Notes: generated by a model not told the origin, from the sequence alone. A stretch of 64,000 bases of DNA from Eukaryota sp. GEM-RC1 (GCA_040285855.1 JAUFOQ010000006.1:2108001-2172000), one strand, 5' to 3'; shown: positions 13,601-27,535, numbered from the stretch's first letter. Numbers and translations: made by a program.

Positions 13601-16600
13601 ATCCAAAAACATCATAGTCTTTTAAGGGTAGTCCAGTGCCTGAAATAACCAGCGTGGATCCAAATGGGAGCTGAGGAATGGTACCATCATTAGAATTCAA
13701 AGGGGAAGCTGTAGTATCTGTGGGAAGGGTGTAGGTGACAGAGGCTAGAGAACTGAAGGAGTAAGGTTGGCGGAATATGTTAAAAGATACTTCAAAAGTA
13801 CCAAGTAAAGCTGGGGTTGTTATGGATAGTTGTACGGTGCTGTTGATTAAGATTTCAATACCAGGGATATTGCCAAAGTAACAGGAATAAAAGTGTTCAA
13901 AGCCTGGAGAGAAATTAGTTCCAGTTACTGTTAGAATATCACCACCAGAAGAGGAAAGAGATGACGGGTTCAATGAAACAAATGTTGGTGATTCAAAAGA
14001 GACAGTTAAATTAGATGAAACCACAGGAGATAAACCATTAAAATTGATTGATGGAATTAAATCATATCCGATACCAGACTGAATCGTACACCTGATAGCT
14101 TCTTCATCTGAAATCGAAGTTATGACAACCTTTCCACAGTCGACTTTGAAGAATCGTGATCGTGAATCATAACCATGAAGTTCAATCTCAATAAGGCTAG
14201 AGTCTTGACCAAATCCAGCTCCAGTAAGGGTAAGTTCAGCATCTGTTGTTGGTAGAAGTAAGGGGAAAACAGAAGTAATTGTGGGCATTTCAAAAGTGAA
14301 AGTGAGTTGTCGTGGGAAATCGGCATTCTGACCTGCAACCACAACATCAACAATCAAAGAGGCTCCGTGTCCAGTTTTTAAGTCACACTGAATTTCCCTA
14401 TTAGAAACTGAAGTGACGGTACAACTGAATTGTCCAATGGTAACAGTCACTAAATGTTTTTGCCGTCCAAAGTTGGATCCGGTCAGAACTAGAGAGACCT
14501 TACCAGGTGAACCAGTACCAGGGAAAATGGAAGAAACAATAGGACGAAGTGATCTCAAATAGATTGGATTGAGCTCCATTGATTCGGAGTTGCTCTGTCC
14601 TTCAACAGAAATGATTGGATAGAAATCAGTTCCAACAAAGGGGTTGAAAAAGCACGTGACTTCAATCAAATTCCACCTTCTAGGATTGATACAGGGAATG
14701 GTATCACGAGTGGCATGATGAAGGTTGATTGTTATAGCAGTACTCAAGTCTCCGAAATTAATACCAAATAGAGTAATCTGTTGGGTTCCAGAAGTAGCAA
14801 ACGTTGTAGGTTGAACTGATGTGACAACAGGAGGGTCAAAATCAAACTTTTGATTGAAGGGATCAGATTGTTGACCCTTGACTGTGACAGTGATATCAAG
14901 AGAATGACCTCCTCCTTGCTTGTAATTACAAACGATGGCATCATCAACAAAGGCGACTGTTTCACATGAACCAAAAGAACCAATTTTAACTGAAACAAAG
15001 TCCATGGAATTAACGTCAGGGATTTCAACTCCAAAATTCAAACCTTCAAGAGTAATAACAACTTCATCAGCACTTCCATTTAGGGGAAACACGTTAGTTA
15101 TGACAGGTTTCTCATAGGAAAGTGAGAGAACTTCTAAATCAGCTTCCCGATTACTTATCAAAAGAGACAAGTCGAGATTAGCACCAACACCAGGGATAAC
15201 ATCAAAAGTAACAACCTCAAGCTCAGCATCACCTTCAGTAACAAACTCAATTGAATGAGCAGTCAATTCAACTCCTTCTACAGTAAGAACCACGGGATTT
15301 CCCCAGAGATTATAACCAATGAAAGAGACATTCTGACCAAACGTAGGGATGACGGAGGGCTCGATTCTTTCAATCACAGGCTCATAAGTGGTAAAGGTGA
15401 CGTTTCGATTTGAGCGCTGTTGATCTACATCAACCAAGACAACAATATCAGCGGCAGCAAGGACAGGGACGTCTATTTGAACAGAAGCATCAGTAGAATG
15501 AACGATGGTAGCAAAAACGTCATTAAACGTGACCAGAACTGAAGAAAAAGAATGTCCCAAATACCGTCCTGTAATTGTGGCAGTCATTCCTGGGTTGTAA
15601 GTACCAGTATTTGGCGTAATATCATAAATGACTGGGCGTTGATACCTGAGATTACTATCAAACGTGGCCATTTGACCACCTACAAACACAGTCACTCCTA
15701 GTCCAACACCAGAACCAGCAGAAGCTACACACTCAAAAGACCAATGGAGATGACGGAGAACAACATCAGTACAAGGGAAATCATCACCAATGATTGCAGA
15801 AATGTTATCCTGCAAATGACCAAAATTAGATCCTTGAATAGTTATAACAGATCCACCGTGGAAGTTCAAAACATTTCTACTGGTAACAATAATATCAGGT
15901 GGTGAAAAGTCAAAAAACACGTCATCCTGCATTGAGTAAGTAGAAGGCTGACCTCCAACAATAACCTTAACAAAATGATCCTTACCAACACCCAGTCCAA
16001 CCAAACATTGCAATCTTGTGTGAGAAACGTATCTTAATGAGTCACATTCAAATGGCCCAAGGAATCCAGAACGAGGAGCTGAAGAAGGACCAAAGTTAAG
16101 CCCATAGATATCAACGTAGACACCTCCTGAAGTACTACTAGTAGTTGGAGAGAAGGAGGAAACGAGGGGAGGGGAGTAAGTCATTCGATCTTCAGTTACA
16201 TTGGACACGGCATCTCCAATACGAACACCAACGGGCCAGGAGCCATATCCTTCAGGGACAGTGCATGAGATAGTGGTAGAACTAATAGAACGAGTAAAGG
16301 AACAATCACGAAGCCCATCAAGGAAACCTGCCACGAATAGATAGATTGGATCGTCTGGGATAGGATCCCTAAAGTTCTCACCATGGATATGAATTAGAGT
16401 GTTACCAAACGTGTGGTGGTCTTTATGACCTTCTAAGTGAGATACATAAGGAGCAATTACCAGATCAGGCCCAGTGATGTTGAGATAACCACCTTGGGGA
16501 GTGGGAACAGAGAAGACAGAGGCTATGACGTTGGCAGCAAGGAAGGACTCTCCAAAGACTTCAGCTCCAGGAAGAGTTATATTGTTTCCCTCAACTACAA

Positions 16601-17636
16601 TTGGTTCTAGTACAAGAGGAACATCAGCGGTGTCTGGAGATAGCACTGTAAAGTAGACAGTGACTCCATTGACCATACTTCCAGTGTACCAGACAACTTC
16701 AGTAGGGAAGTGAACAGAATGAGGCCAGACTTTCTTGTAAGAAGCAGCCTCAAAGTAAGCAAAGAAAGAGTAGACAGTATCAACCTCAAGGACCTCAACA
16801 GGTTCTGAGTAAGATTCGGTTTCGAGAGAGAAGATGCAGGTAGAGGAGGTACCAGGAATAGCGTAGAAACACGTGTGGCTGTCTAAATCTTCAGTAATGT
16901 TACATCCAATACCGATAGGAGAGGTGGACAAAGTCACATCGTTGATTCGGATGCCTGAAGAAAGATGAAGAATCTGAATGCTGGAAGAAGTGGAGCAGAA
17001 GACGAAAACTTCAGAATCACGGAAGAAGAGGGTCATTCCTAGGGTACAGATAGAGTTTGTGTGGTGTTGAGAACGTGTTGTGTCAATGACGAAGGCACCG
17101 GAGGAACGAACCTTGTCTAAAATGTAGATATAGGTGTGAGACAAGTCAGGACCAGAGGTAGCAAGAGCCCAGGATGTACGAAGAACACCAGAAGTCCAGG
17201 CTGAGCGTTGAGGAACACGGGAAGCAGCACAAACAGAGGGTTGATTTGGAAGATCCAGTTGGACAATGTCTTCAATGACGAAATTGTTAAATGCGATGGC
17301 GTAATAGGGGCATGATGAGACACAATCGGATTCTCGAACGATGGCGAGCGGATAACACGCCGCGACTAAGGTATAAGAGATTTCATTGTGAATCCAGGAT
17401 GAATAGGAGTCAGTAGAACCGTACAACCGTAACGAAGACGATAATTTGTTTAATATGTATAGATCTCCTTCAATGATCGTGTATGTAGAGGAAGTAAGAG
17501 AGGACGGATCCACAGGAAGTTTAACGAAATCACCACCGAAATCATAGACATTAACGTTGTCGTCATTCTGCAGAAACAGTATGGGATTGGCCAAGGCAAG
17601 ACAGCAGCAAACTGATAGAAACAACAACAATCTCAT
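7614..17636 (-). CDS. Giant cell-surface protein (~3,340 aa): signal peptide, many IPT/TIG repeats, Cys-rich ephrin-receptor-like/GCC repeats, multi-pass TM C-terminus
   Basis: Three ORFs (13239-17681, 8797-13275, 7614-8924) joined by single-base shifts near 13435-13438 and 8942. MRLLLFLSVCCCLALA signal; repeated P.I.S..P......G...ITI.G.NFG; CQPCFRGFFKD..GPDACTSCP; GPLCTICDDGY; FFWWEILIMFRK TM motif. Confidence 0.85.
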
Positions 17637-17924
17637 AGGATCTATCTCCTGTTGCAAGGAAAATTTTGAATTCGGATTCAATCATTCTAGATCAATGAAA
17701 CCGATTGTGAAAACAATCTCCAGGGTAGCCAATACTTTTGATTGAACTACATTGTATTTAGTATTACAAAAACAACATGTTTTCATATCTTATTTGTTAA
17801 AATCGACGGCACTACTAGGTGTAAAGATATATTAAAGGCGTTTATCAAAGAACAACAACCCCTCAAATACTACAAAAACCGTCCTGTCTGTCATACATTG
17901 ATTCTCTGCGATATACAGACTTAA

Positions 17925-19049
17925 TTATAACAACAAAGAACCAGGACATGCCAAGTCGTATTCCTCTGAAGATTCCAACAGTACCTGGCATTGCTGACGA
18001 AACGTATTCTCTCTTTCCACGTCCGTGGACACGTAATAATCAATAAGTTTCAAATGAACATTGCGTATAGTAGTTATCAACTTACTCAAATACACCTCAT
18101 AATCAAAAAGAACATCCTGCAAATCACTAGAGTTGCACAGTAACAGGGCTTTACATTCACAGTTCTGTTGAAGAAGTTGATCACAGTCCATTTCTAACTG
18201 AAGCAATATACGAGATTCCGAAGAATTAAAGGCAGATTCATCGAGGAGAAACCGCATCAAACGTGTGATTACTTTGAGGAAGGTAGAATGTACAAAACTG
18301 GAGAAATACTCAAGTAATTGGTTAAGTTCAATGGAATAATCCAGTGTCACATGATTATTTGTTAAATTACTAAACTTCTTAACAGCAGCTAAAATCTTAT
18401 CCGTTTGTTGGAAGCAATGATTGAGACATATCAGAGGAGAATTGATAGCAAAACGAGTCATTGGTAGTTAATTGTTGGAAATTGCTGTCTTCATCATGAA
18501 GTATCTCAAGACTCATCGAGAATTCTTCCAAATCGGTCACTTCTTGAGATCTCATTTGTAACCACTGAGATGTTATGGAATCCATGTCGAACTGTCCAAG
18601 AAACAAGCTGATTGTGGGGAAAATTAGGGTTTCCTCTACCGAGATTATTGTTTTTAGTAGTTTGGAAAAGCTGTTGAGACTGGAAGTGAATGCAGTCTTG
18701 TTTGATGTGTTGTAAGCATGTGACATTTCGGCATAGTACGAAAGAAGAGAGTCATGTGTGTGTTTTGAAGTGAGAATGAGGTCCATGACACAGGATAGCT
18801 CGACGCAATGGGCAAGAGTAGGTCTTCTTCACATGCAAAATGATATGCAAAACAGTATCGGTCCAGAAAGTGAAGAAACTTAGAAAAAAGTGGGTCAGTA
18901 ATATCTAGATCAGCTATCATAGACTGAAGGGATCTAATTGCTCTGAAAATGAACTGGTGTTGGTGTATCAACAGACAAGACAGATTATCGATCTGATCTG
19001 TGTGAGTAATAGAGTGAGCCATAAATAATTGGTTGGGAATCACTTGCAA
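17925..19049 (-). CDS. Hemerythrin-like (HHE) domain protein with a degenerate second repeat
   Basis: LLIHQH...YHFACEEDLLLP...THDSLL...IISVEETLIFP; three ORFs joined by inferred shifts near 18760 and 18410; true start uncertain (19022-19100). Confidence 0.5.
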
Positions 19050-19167
19050 TGTGGTTGAGAACGGAATTCAATTCAACAATCTGATTGTAAACTGGGACAT
19101 CAAGATGTTTCCCCAATTTGGAAGTTTAACAAAATCGGTAAGGAACAGCAAAACCTAGACATTATAT

Positions 19168-20034
19168 CAGGGCCTCCGGAAAAATACTTGTATTTAAATA
19201 TTTACAATAAATAATGATATTTTATTTATTTTTTCAAGTTGGGTTTCTCCATTATTTATTTTGTGAAAACAGAAAATATAAAATTATTTTTATATTTTTT
19301 GTTCTCTCACCGACCAACCTATGAAGGTGAAAACTGCAACATGTTGCAGTCCGTCACATTTGCAACTCAGTACGGTCTTCATCCTGTACTGAGACTAGAT
19401 ACAGAACTCATTGCAGTAGAGAAGCGTATACTTTCGAAACTATTTTTGATTCGATTTTAAACTGTCTCTTTGAATTGAGCATGAATATGAGATGATGTAG
19501 TGGTCTTGGTAGCTCCGTTGTAAATATTGATGGTATCTTGTGTAAATACAAGGCGTTTTTCCTTTCTGGGCTTGACAAAGTTCATTCCTCTATCGAAATA
19601 GAGCCGGACCAAATTGGTTTAAAAAGTTCTACTCATCGTAACACAAAACCGCTAATCCCGTGGCATTGATTGTGTTCTTCCAACCTGAAACTTTCCAAAT
19701 ATGTGAAAATGTGTTTGCTGTTGTTCGGTAACTGTTGGAAAACATCGCTTTGGTTTGACCACATTCTCGTTGAATAGAACACTGTGTCTACACTGAAATC
19801 ATTCCTTCTTAACACTGAAACCTATCTGGGAAGTTATAAGAACACACAAAACCTGGAGAGGTACTAGTGTTCGTGTTAGATCACGTTTGTGAAGTGTTGT
19901 AGCATCCTTGTTTCCGTTGAATAAATAATTTAAATAATTGCAATTATTTATTTTCTTCATCGGCAATAACTCATATTTATTTATTCAAGAAAAAGTTCGC
20001 CATATTTTATTTAAATATTTTTCCGGAGGCCCTG
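19168..20034. mobile_element. Non-autonomous hAT transposon (family C), 867 bp
   Basis: 19-bp TIR CAGGGCCTCCGGAAAAATA; 8-bp TSD CATTATAT at 19160-19167 and 20035-20042; ATTTATTT subterminal repeats. Confidence 0.93.
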
Positions 20035-20459
20035 CATTATATAACCGAATATTGCGTCTGGGTACACATTTAAAGCTTGAACTACTAGTATATCATATCA
20101 AGGAATTGATCAACGTGATTGGAACACGACAACAGGCCACGTTTTGTAGTTATCATTGACCAAATGAAATAAACTTATCTTCTCTTTCGCTTAAAAGGCG
20201 AAAAAGTTGAACATATAACCTGTTTAATGTTCTTACCAACTTTTGAACACAGTTTTTGAATTAGCTTCTGAGACTCTTCTTTAGTAACAGATTCTTTTTT
20301 TAAAAAATAAAATGACAATACGATGACACCATCACGGTGGATATCTAACACTGTGGTATAAGTGACAAAAGCGTCAAATGAGAGCAATTTTTAAAGAATT
20401 ATTTATTTGCAGTGTAGGAGTTGTGGTGGAGTTTGACCTTCCCTCAAAATCCCTTTTTA

Positions 20460-21635
20460 ATGGGACTTAGTCTTTCTCTTCCCGCAGATTCCTCAGAATC
20501 TCTGTCTAAAACTCGTCCCAGTCACGAGCTGATCCGTGCTGAACGTGTCTACTTATATGGTACCGGTGTGTCTGGTAGAAAACGCTCAGTTCCTGAACTT
20601 GTTGAACATCTTCAATCTCAATACATCTCCGTTGCTGACGTCAGTTGTTCCGTTGATTTCGTCATCTTCCTGTCTTCTTCTGGAAATGTTTATGCACATG
20701 GACGTAACGATAATCACCAACTTGGAGTCGATACCAATGAAGAATCCCCCAGTATTGTTCGTGTCCCCATATCTGAACCCATTAAGTCAATGTCTACTGG
20801 TCTCTTCCATTCCGTCGTAATTACTGATTCTGGTGAAGTTTGGACTTGGGGAATGAACAACAAAGGTCAGTGTGGTGTGGGACAATGCTCTCCTTGGGTT
20901 CCTCCAACTAAGATCAACATTGGAAATCGAAAAGCTGTTCACTGTGCTTGTGGAATCAATGTCTCCATCATTCTTACAGACCGTGGGGAACTCCTTGCCT
21001 TTGGAGATAATAAACGTGGGCAATGTGGTCTTCTTTCTCTTAATGCTGTTTATCCCAAACCTACCATGGTTCCACTCAATCTTGAGCCCAAAGAACGTGT
21101 TGTACACGTGGCATGTAGTGATGCCACTGCTTTATTCTGTACTACTTTTGGGAGAGTCTTTGGTTTTGGACGTAACAACAAGTCTCAACTTCCTGGAGTA
21201 GAAGCTACTGAAGCTCCACCTACTCATCTATCTTGCTTTGACCGTATCCGTGTCGCTGCTGTCTCCGTTGGTTGGAACTGCGCTGCCATTATTATAGACT
21301 GTGGGAGTGTAAGATGTTGGCATTGGGCAGGTGATGACGATGCAGAATACGATGAGACTTGGGCTACTCCTAGTTCAATCATTGGGGAGGATTCAGTTCA
21401 CCAGTATTCTGCTGTAATGGTGGGTGCCATGGCTAATAGTTTTATTGTAATTACAGATGAAAATGAGCTATTAGAGATATCTAATACTAGAACAGAAACA
21501 GTGAAGAAGTTGAATGTAGGGGAGGATGATAAGCTACAGAAGGTGAGGACTGGACCAGCAATGGTTTATGTTCTGTGTAGATCGAAAATAGAAGAAGATA
21601 TGCCTAGGTTAGGTTGTTTTTCAAAAGTTAACTAG
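20460..21635 (+). CDS. RCC1/BLIP-II repeat beta-propeller protein, possibly N-myristoylated
   Basis: Repeats GNVYAHGRNDNHQLG, GEVWTWGMNNKGQCG, GELLAFGDNKRGQCG; ATG 20460 gives MGLSLS (MGxxxS). Confidence 0.9.
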   Translation: MGLSLSLPADSSESLSKTRPSHELIRAERVYLYGTGVSGRKRSVPELVEHLQSQYISVADVSCSVDFVIFLSSSGNVYAHGRNDNHQLGVDTNEESPSIVRVPISEPIKSMSTGLFHSVVITDSGEVWTWGMNNKGQCGVGQCSPWVPPTKINIGNRKAVHCACGINVSIILTDRGELLAFGDNKRGQCGLLSLNAVYPKPTMVPLNLEPKERVVHVACSDATALFCTTFGRVFGFGRNNKSQLPGVEATEAPPTHLSCFDRIRVAAVSVGWNCAAIIIDCGSVRCWHWAGDDDAEYDETWATPSSIIGEDSVHQYSAVMVGAMANSFIVITDENELLEISNTRTETVKKLNVGEDDKLQKVRTGPAMVYVLCRSKIEEDMPRLGCFSKVN

Positions 21636-21739
21636 ATTTGTTTATCGAAAAAGAATGACTTTACAGTGTTTTAAATAGTGTCACACCATTGAAAAAAACG
21701 CTAAAAAACTAAACTAAAAATACGCAAATATTTAAAAAA

Positions 21740-22934
21740 CTAATCCACAACTTTATCTAAAAGAGTCGTTGCAATCTCTTTCCACCTTTCAGCTTCACTT
21801 TTCCAATCTACTTCTTCATTAGTCGTTGAACCAGTGATGACAGAGAATCCATTCTTAGCTTGATCCAACAGAAACTCGTCAAAGTCACTGTCATTACTCT
21901 GACAAACTCCCTTTAAAGGAACAATCACACTAGTTCTCTTTAAAGGTGCAATGGTAAAGGAATCTTTCTTTGAAAGTAATGAGGGGGGGAGTTGGAAGGC
22001 AAATGAGAGTTCCAACGGGAGCTTTGAGATCTGTACTTGTAACTGATTGCATTGATGTTAGGTCAAAGGACTTTATGAAACCATCAGAACTTCCAGAGAA
22101 CAGACGTTGTGAGTGTTGGGCAAAGGAAAGAGCAACAACATCAGAAGAATGTGCTGAGATAGAAGTAGGTTTAAGGGGGGAGTGGAGTAAGTTTTGGAGA
22201 TGTAGAATTGTAATGGTACCGTTTTGATGTCCACAAGCAAGAACTGTGTCCAAAAGATCAACGGCCATTGAAGAAATACCTGAAGACAAAGTGGTGTTGA
22301 AGATGACTGACCCTGATACAGGACAAGTAATCAGGAGAGAACCATCGAAAGAAGTGGCATAGAGACGGGGAGGAACGATGGCAGAAGAGAAGTGAACTGA
22401 GCATACAGAGGAAGTGAAGGAGGAGAAGGAGAATCGGGGTGTGGGAAGAGTCTGATTAGTGTTAGAAGATGAGTAAGGACTTAGGAGAGAGAAGAGGTCC
22501 CAAACATGGACAGCGCAGTCATCACCTCCAGACGAAAGATAGTCATTGCAAGGTGAAACTGATAGTGATCTGATAGGGGCAAAATGAAGTGTGTGGGATG
22601 AAAGAAGAGCTCCTGACTGAATGTCCCAAATTCGAACAGAACCATCTTCACAACCAGCTATAAGAAGAAGACAATCGGAAGAAATAGCAAGACATAAAGG
22701 TTGGATATCGAGAGTACACCTAAAGACAGGGGTGTTTTTAGCATAAGAACAGAGAAAGATCACAGGAGATCCTGTCTGGATAGCAGCAAAAAACTTGGAT
22801 GATACACATAAACTACGAGCATCACATTGAATCTGTTTACAAGAAGCAATAGAAGAAGCTGTTACTGGGTGCCAAAAGGACAAACCAGTCTGGGTTGAAC
22901 ATCCAGATAGCACTATCTCTGGAATGGGTTCCAT
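21740..22934 (-). CDS. WDR18: WD40 protein, WDR18/IPI3-like (pre-60S rixosome)
   Basis: WD repeats LIAGCEDGSVRIWD, LSSGGDDCAVHVWDL; C-terminal APLKR and coiled WKSEAERWKEIA after correcting the C7 run (plus-strand G 21983-21989) to C6. Confidence 0.7.
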
Positions 22935-22993
22935 TGTTTACTTACAAATTAATTCCCCATCTTGAGTTCAAGCACTTTCTGAACTGTTAGCTA

Positions 22994-24570
22994 ATGTCTG
23001 TCAAGTATTCCCATGAAGAGTTATCATCTATTCTTGAAAAGCATAAACGACAACCTGTAGCTGCTGTTAGCGTTGGACCTCCTTTACCACATGACTATGT
23101 CCCAAATCGTACTCTTCATCCTTCATCTTTGCCCAGTGTTCCTAATGATTCTATGTCTATAGAACATGCTCATTCACTGAACCTTCCAGTTACTCATAAC
23201 TTGACTTTTTCTTCTTTTTCCCACGGTGTATCTTCTATTGAGTTTATGGCTTCTGTTAATCGTCTCGTTGTCTCCACCTATTCTGGTTCCAGTTTTTCTA
23301 TGATATTAATTCTTGTGACTCAAGATTCACTTCTTTTAGTGAACAAATTCCCTTTACAGAATCCCGTAATTTTGTTACTTCATCTTCATCTTCCCAAAAA
23401 CTCATTGCTGTTGCCGGAAACAGTGATTCCCCAGTTCTCTATGATCACGAATCAGAACATGTGAGTACTTTCCAAAGAGGAGATATGTACATTGCAGATC
23501 CTACTAGAACAAAAGGTCACACGTCAGCAGTTAAATCAATCAAGTTTTCCCCACTCAATGATGACGTCATTCTGACCTCTTCTACTGATGGTACTTGCAG
23601 ACTTTGGAAGACTGCTGAGGTGGCTTTTGGATGTTCTTCTACTTTCTCTGTACGATCTGCTGGGTGGAAAGGAGGCGTTGTAGGGTTTGATTCAGCTTGT
23701 TTTAATAGATCTGGTACTGCAATCGCTGCAGCAACTGATGATTCAAAGATTTTGTTTTACGATGGAAGTGGGAGAAGTACCAAAATTAACGAAATTTTAA
23801 ATATTTCTGAATATCTACCAGAAGGAGACTCTGTGTGTGCTCTGGATTTCACTGATGTTTTAAATTCTAGTAATTCTCATTTTTTTGCAGTTAGAAGCCA
23901 ACATTGTATATCACTTTTTGATGTTAGATCTTTAAACAAGCCAGTTCACACCTGGAATGATCTCTATCACACTCATCGATTTAATCAAGGGTCGAAAATG
24001 GTTTTTAATTCTGATTGTTCAACTATTCTGGCCAATAGCTCTCCTCACGGTCACCGGCTTGCTACTCTAGCTTTTGCAAATTTAAAAAATCTTGAAGAAT
24101 TATACCATTTAGAAGTTTCCAAAAGCAATTGCTGTGCTCTTGTCTGGGATCACTCAATCAATCAAATCATTTTTGGAAACGATAAGGGTCAACTCAGTTT
24201 CCTATTTGATGCTGACCACTCATCTCATGGTGCTCTCAACATTCTCTCTCGACGTCCACGTGTATCCACCACAGACATGGAACTAGAAGGGGAGATTGTA
24301 GACCCAGAGGTTTGGGAAGAAGAAGAGAAAAAGAAGAGAAGAACTAGGAGAGTTGATGGTCCCATGGCTCCTCCAAGGAAAGCTCAAATTGGAGCAGATG
24401 GTTCAGTTGTTCAGAATTATACAGCTAGGTTAATGGAGGAAGCACTTGATCTTAAACATGGAAAGTTAGCTTCTTTGAGGGATGACGATCCTCGTGAAGC
24501 TATCCTTTCGAAAGCTAAGATTGCTAAGGAGAAGCCTTACTTTACAGCAGCTTATAATCAGAATGATTGA
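22994..24570 (+). CDS. WDR70: WD repeat protein 70 homolog
   Basis: RGDMYIADPTRTKGHT and DDDPREAIL...KEKPYFTAAY are WDR70 signatures; two ORFs joined if T5 at 23293-23297 is T6. Confidence 0.88.
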
Positions 24571-25043
24571 GCTCAATGATTGACTGTGAGGGCACATCAA
24601 CTTTTGTTCCTTATTCTATTGTCAGTCAGGGAGTTTACGGTGTTTCTGGAGCGTTTTGAGTTCTTTTCAAAATCTCTATGTGTGATAGTTCTAGAGCTCT
24701 TAACAGTGCTCTGTAGCTACGTTTACACTTTCTATTATACTTATAGGCTCGTTTTGATGACAATTTTTTTCACAGTTGTTATTCATTTTGCCAATGATTC
24801 TCGAATAGAATCACCATACAATTTTTTGAAATTTGATGTCAGAATCAGCACTGATCATGAATATTTCTTTTATGAGAAACAAAATAAAAATAACAAACAT
24901 AAACATATCATTCTGTATACGAATGTCAACACACAATGAAATAGAACAAGAAATAATAATGATAACTTAACCCATCTTAATCTGACGAAATCACGTTCAT
25001 CTGCTACCAATTGAGATAAAAATCCAAATACAATAAAACCATT

Positions 25044-26992
25044 TTAAACCCTACTTTTTTGCTTTCTTTTCATTCTCTTTCCAAATATATCCTGACTCGA
25101 CTTCCTCTTCACTCCAACCTCTTCAGTGACTTCGAAAGTTCCCTCTGTTTCTTCTTCTTGATCAGGAACACCAGCAACTTGAGGAATTTTAGCATCAATC
25201 AGAGCATTTAAAATTTCATCAGGATTTAAATTACACCGAACATCAGGAAAAAGATTCAAAATCTTCATTGTAGATACAGTAAGTCCAGGTCTGTCAATCG
25301 TCCTACTAGTTAGAGCTCTTTTATCAGGTTTAAAACCTTCCGCTGGTACTATATTAGCAATCAAATCACCATCAGTAGACATTGAATAGAACTGATTCAA
25401 AGTATTTCCAACAAACTCCTGTTTAGCGACGTTCTGTAACAACAATACTTCCTCTGGTATTGTTGGCCATTCTAATCCTTCCTTAGATCTCTTTGCCAAT
25501 GGATAGAGAGACATTTCTGACGCTAGTCCGGTTTCTACTTCAGCTGATCTGACCTTGTCAACGTGACCTAAAAGAAGTTCGAATTTAACATAAGCAGAGA
25601 GAACTTCTGGAGATTTGTTCTTTACCAGAGCTCTTTTGAATAGGTTTCTGGTATTGGCTTCGTCGTGTTGTTTAGAAAGGAAATCAGCATAAGCCAGGAT
25701 ATACCGACTTTCATCAGGAAACCTTTTAAACCCATTTTCAAACACTTTCCTTGCCGCCACGTCATCTTTGTTAACAAAAGACTCTATCTGGGCTTGGGCA
25801 AGAAATAGTGGATAAGAAACAACAGCAGGATCTAGTGTGGAAACTAATCGTACAAAAGCTTTTCTGGTTTCCAGTTATTCCAAAGTTTCTCCTTAAAAAG
25901 TAAAGATATTGAACAAATGAGATAGATGAATGATTGCGGGTTAAAAACTCATCAAATACTTCTCTTGCTGTCGTCAGGTCTTTTGACTTCTCAAGAAAAT
26001 CTACCCAGGATAAAACAAATAAAGAATTACCGCCCAAAAGTTCTTTTCCTAGAATAAAAACATTCTTGGCTTTTTCTAAATTTCCAATTCCAAAGTGATA
26101 ATTAGCAGCCATGGACCAAATCTCAGTGTGTCTACCAATATGCATTACTGCTTGATCAAAGACCAAACCAACTCTTTTCTTTGCTCTTTCTTCATCTTGC
26201 AGAGGATCTCTCTTCTCGTAATCAATGACGTTAACCCACCTCATGAACTGTTCCTCTGACCCTGGGTAAGACGGGGGTATGGAGATCCAGTAGGGATCAA
26301 TCAGCATACGTGTACCTTCCAATTCCTTGAGTACAGCTCTACTTGTTTGGTATACAGGCATTTGTTGACCTAGAGTAACGGACGCATTCTGAGGGGGAAG
26401 TGGCGGTTTCAAAGGCTTCGTAATCGTTCCAAAAGGATTCACCACCACGTAAAGGAGTAGAGATGGCTTTGTGGAACATTGCACGTAGGAGGTTGAGTCG
26501 ATTGTGCTCATCGTAAGCCACAGAATAACGTTTCGATTCAAGAAGTCTAATGTAGTCACGGTAGATAGAGGTAGACGATGGATCTTCTCCAACTACAGAG
26601 AGGGCAAATTCGAAGGCTGCAGAGACTTCTTTAAATTGGTTTTCAGAGAGGTGGCCGTAGTCCATATGTTCAAGAGAAGAGTCGTCACTAGGGAACTTCT
26701 GGCTGTGGTTTCTGTTAACATAGTGGAGGTAGAGTCGAAAGAGTTCCACATCTGGACATCGATAAAGAGCATTTCCAAACTTTTCATCGGCAGCATCGAA
26801 GTTTTGTTGTCTGAGATCTAGGAAAATTAGTTTTCTCCAATATCGTGCAGTTGTAGGAAAGAAAGTGAGAAAGCTGTCTAAGATGTTGTATTGTAGATCG
26901 AATGGATGGGAATCAATTCTCAGCAATAGAGGTTCCCATTTTCCTAATGTGAAGGGATCTGACAAGGCATGTTGTAGTAGTTCAGAGGTCAT
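25044..26992 (-). CDS. CSTF3: Cleavage stimulation factor 77 kDa / Rna14 (HAT repeats)
   Basis: FPTTARYW, LFRLYLHYV, FHKAISTPL..GESFWNDYEAFE, AARKVFENGFKRF..E..YILAYADFL...DEANTRNLF; +1 shifts near 26393-26397 and 25871. Confidence 0.9.
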
Positions 26993-27415
26993 TTGTTATT
27001 AACTGCGAATGACAAAGATAAGAAGTAGGTCTAGGTGAGGAAGCAAAAATTGTCAGTTCTTGATGAAGTTTAGTTATACACGGGACTGTAACACAGCTCT
27101 TCCAGCTTCGTGAAGAAGTTTTTGATACGCATCGTTTTGGCATTGTTTACGGCAAAATACATATGTTTTACCGTAAATAAGCTCCGTATTTTACGAGAAA
27201 CTCTGTTTTTCAGAAAGCAATAGTTGGTACCGTACCGTATTAATAGTCTATTTTTATTTTACGGTTGTACGATCACTGTATCGCATGTTCAGAACTTGGA
27301 ACAATTACATTGCCAATTAATTGCTCTCATGTTTTGGAAGCAATGAAATACTGCAATTATCATATCTGCGGCAATTAATAAAAAGTAGGGGCTATTAACA
27401 ATGTATTCGCAAAAA

Positions 27416-27535
27416 TCAAAAAAAAAACAGACAACAGACACTACTAGTAACTAAAGTATCAGAACTATGATCCTTATGTCCTTCACCAAACAACTTACCT
27501 AAAATTGAATTAAAATATTTGTACATGGAACGAAG
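27416..27535 (-). mobile_element. 3' tip of CRE/SLACS-like non-LTR retrotransposon
   Basis: RSMYKYFNSILGKLFGEGHKDHSSDTLV is near-identical to the end of 60600-60920; followed by a T-rich tail. Confidence 0.7.

Noticed and set aside
9180..17745. Numerous short alternate-frame or antisense ORFs within long genes (also inside XDH, BTB and HK)
   Set aside because: Shadow ORFs from codon bias with no recognisable motifs.
27130..27280. Possible hAT right end (..GTACGATCACTG) with TACGG/CCGTA repeats
   Set aside because: No matching left TIR or TSD found.
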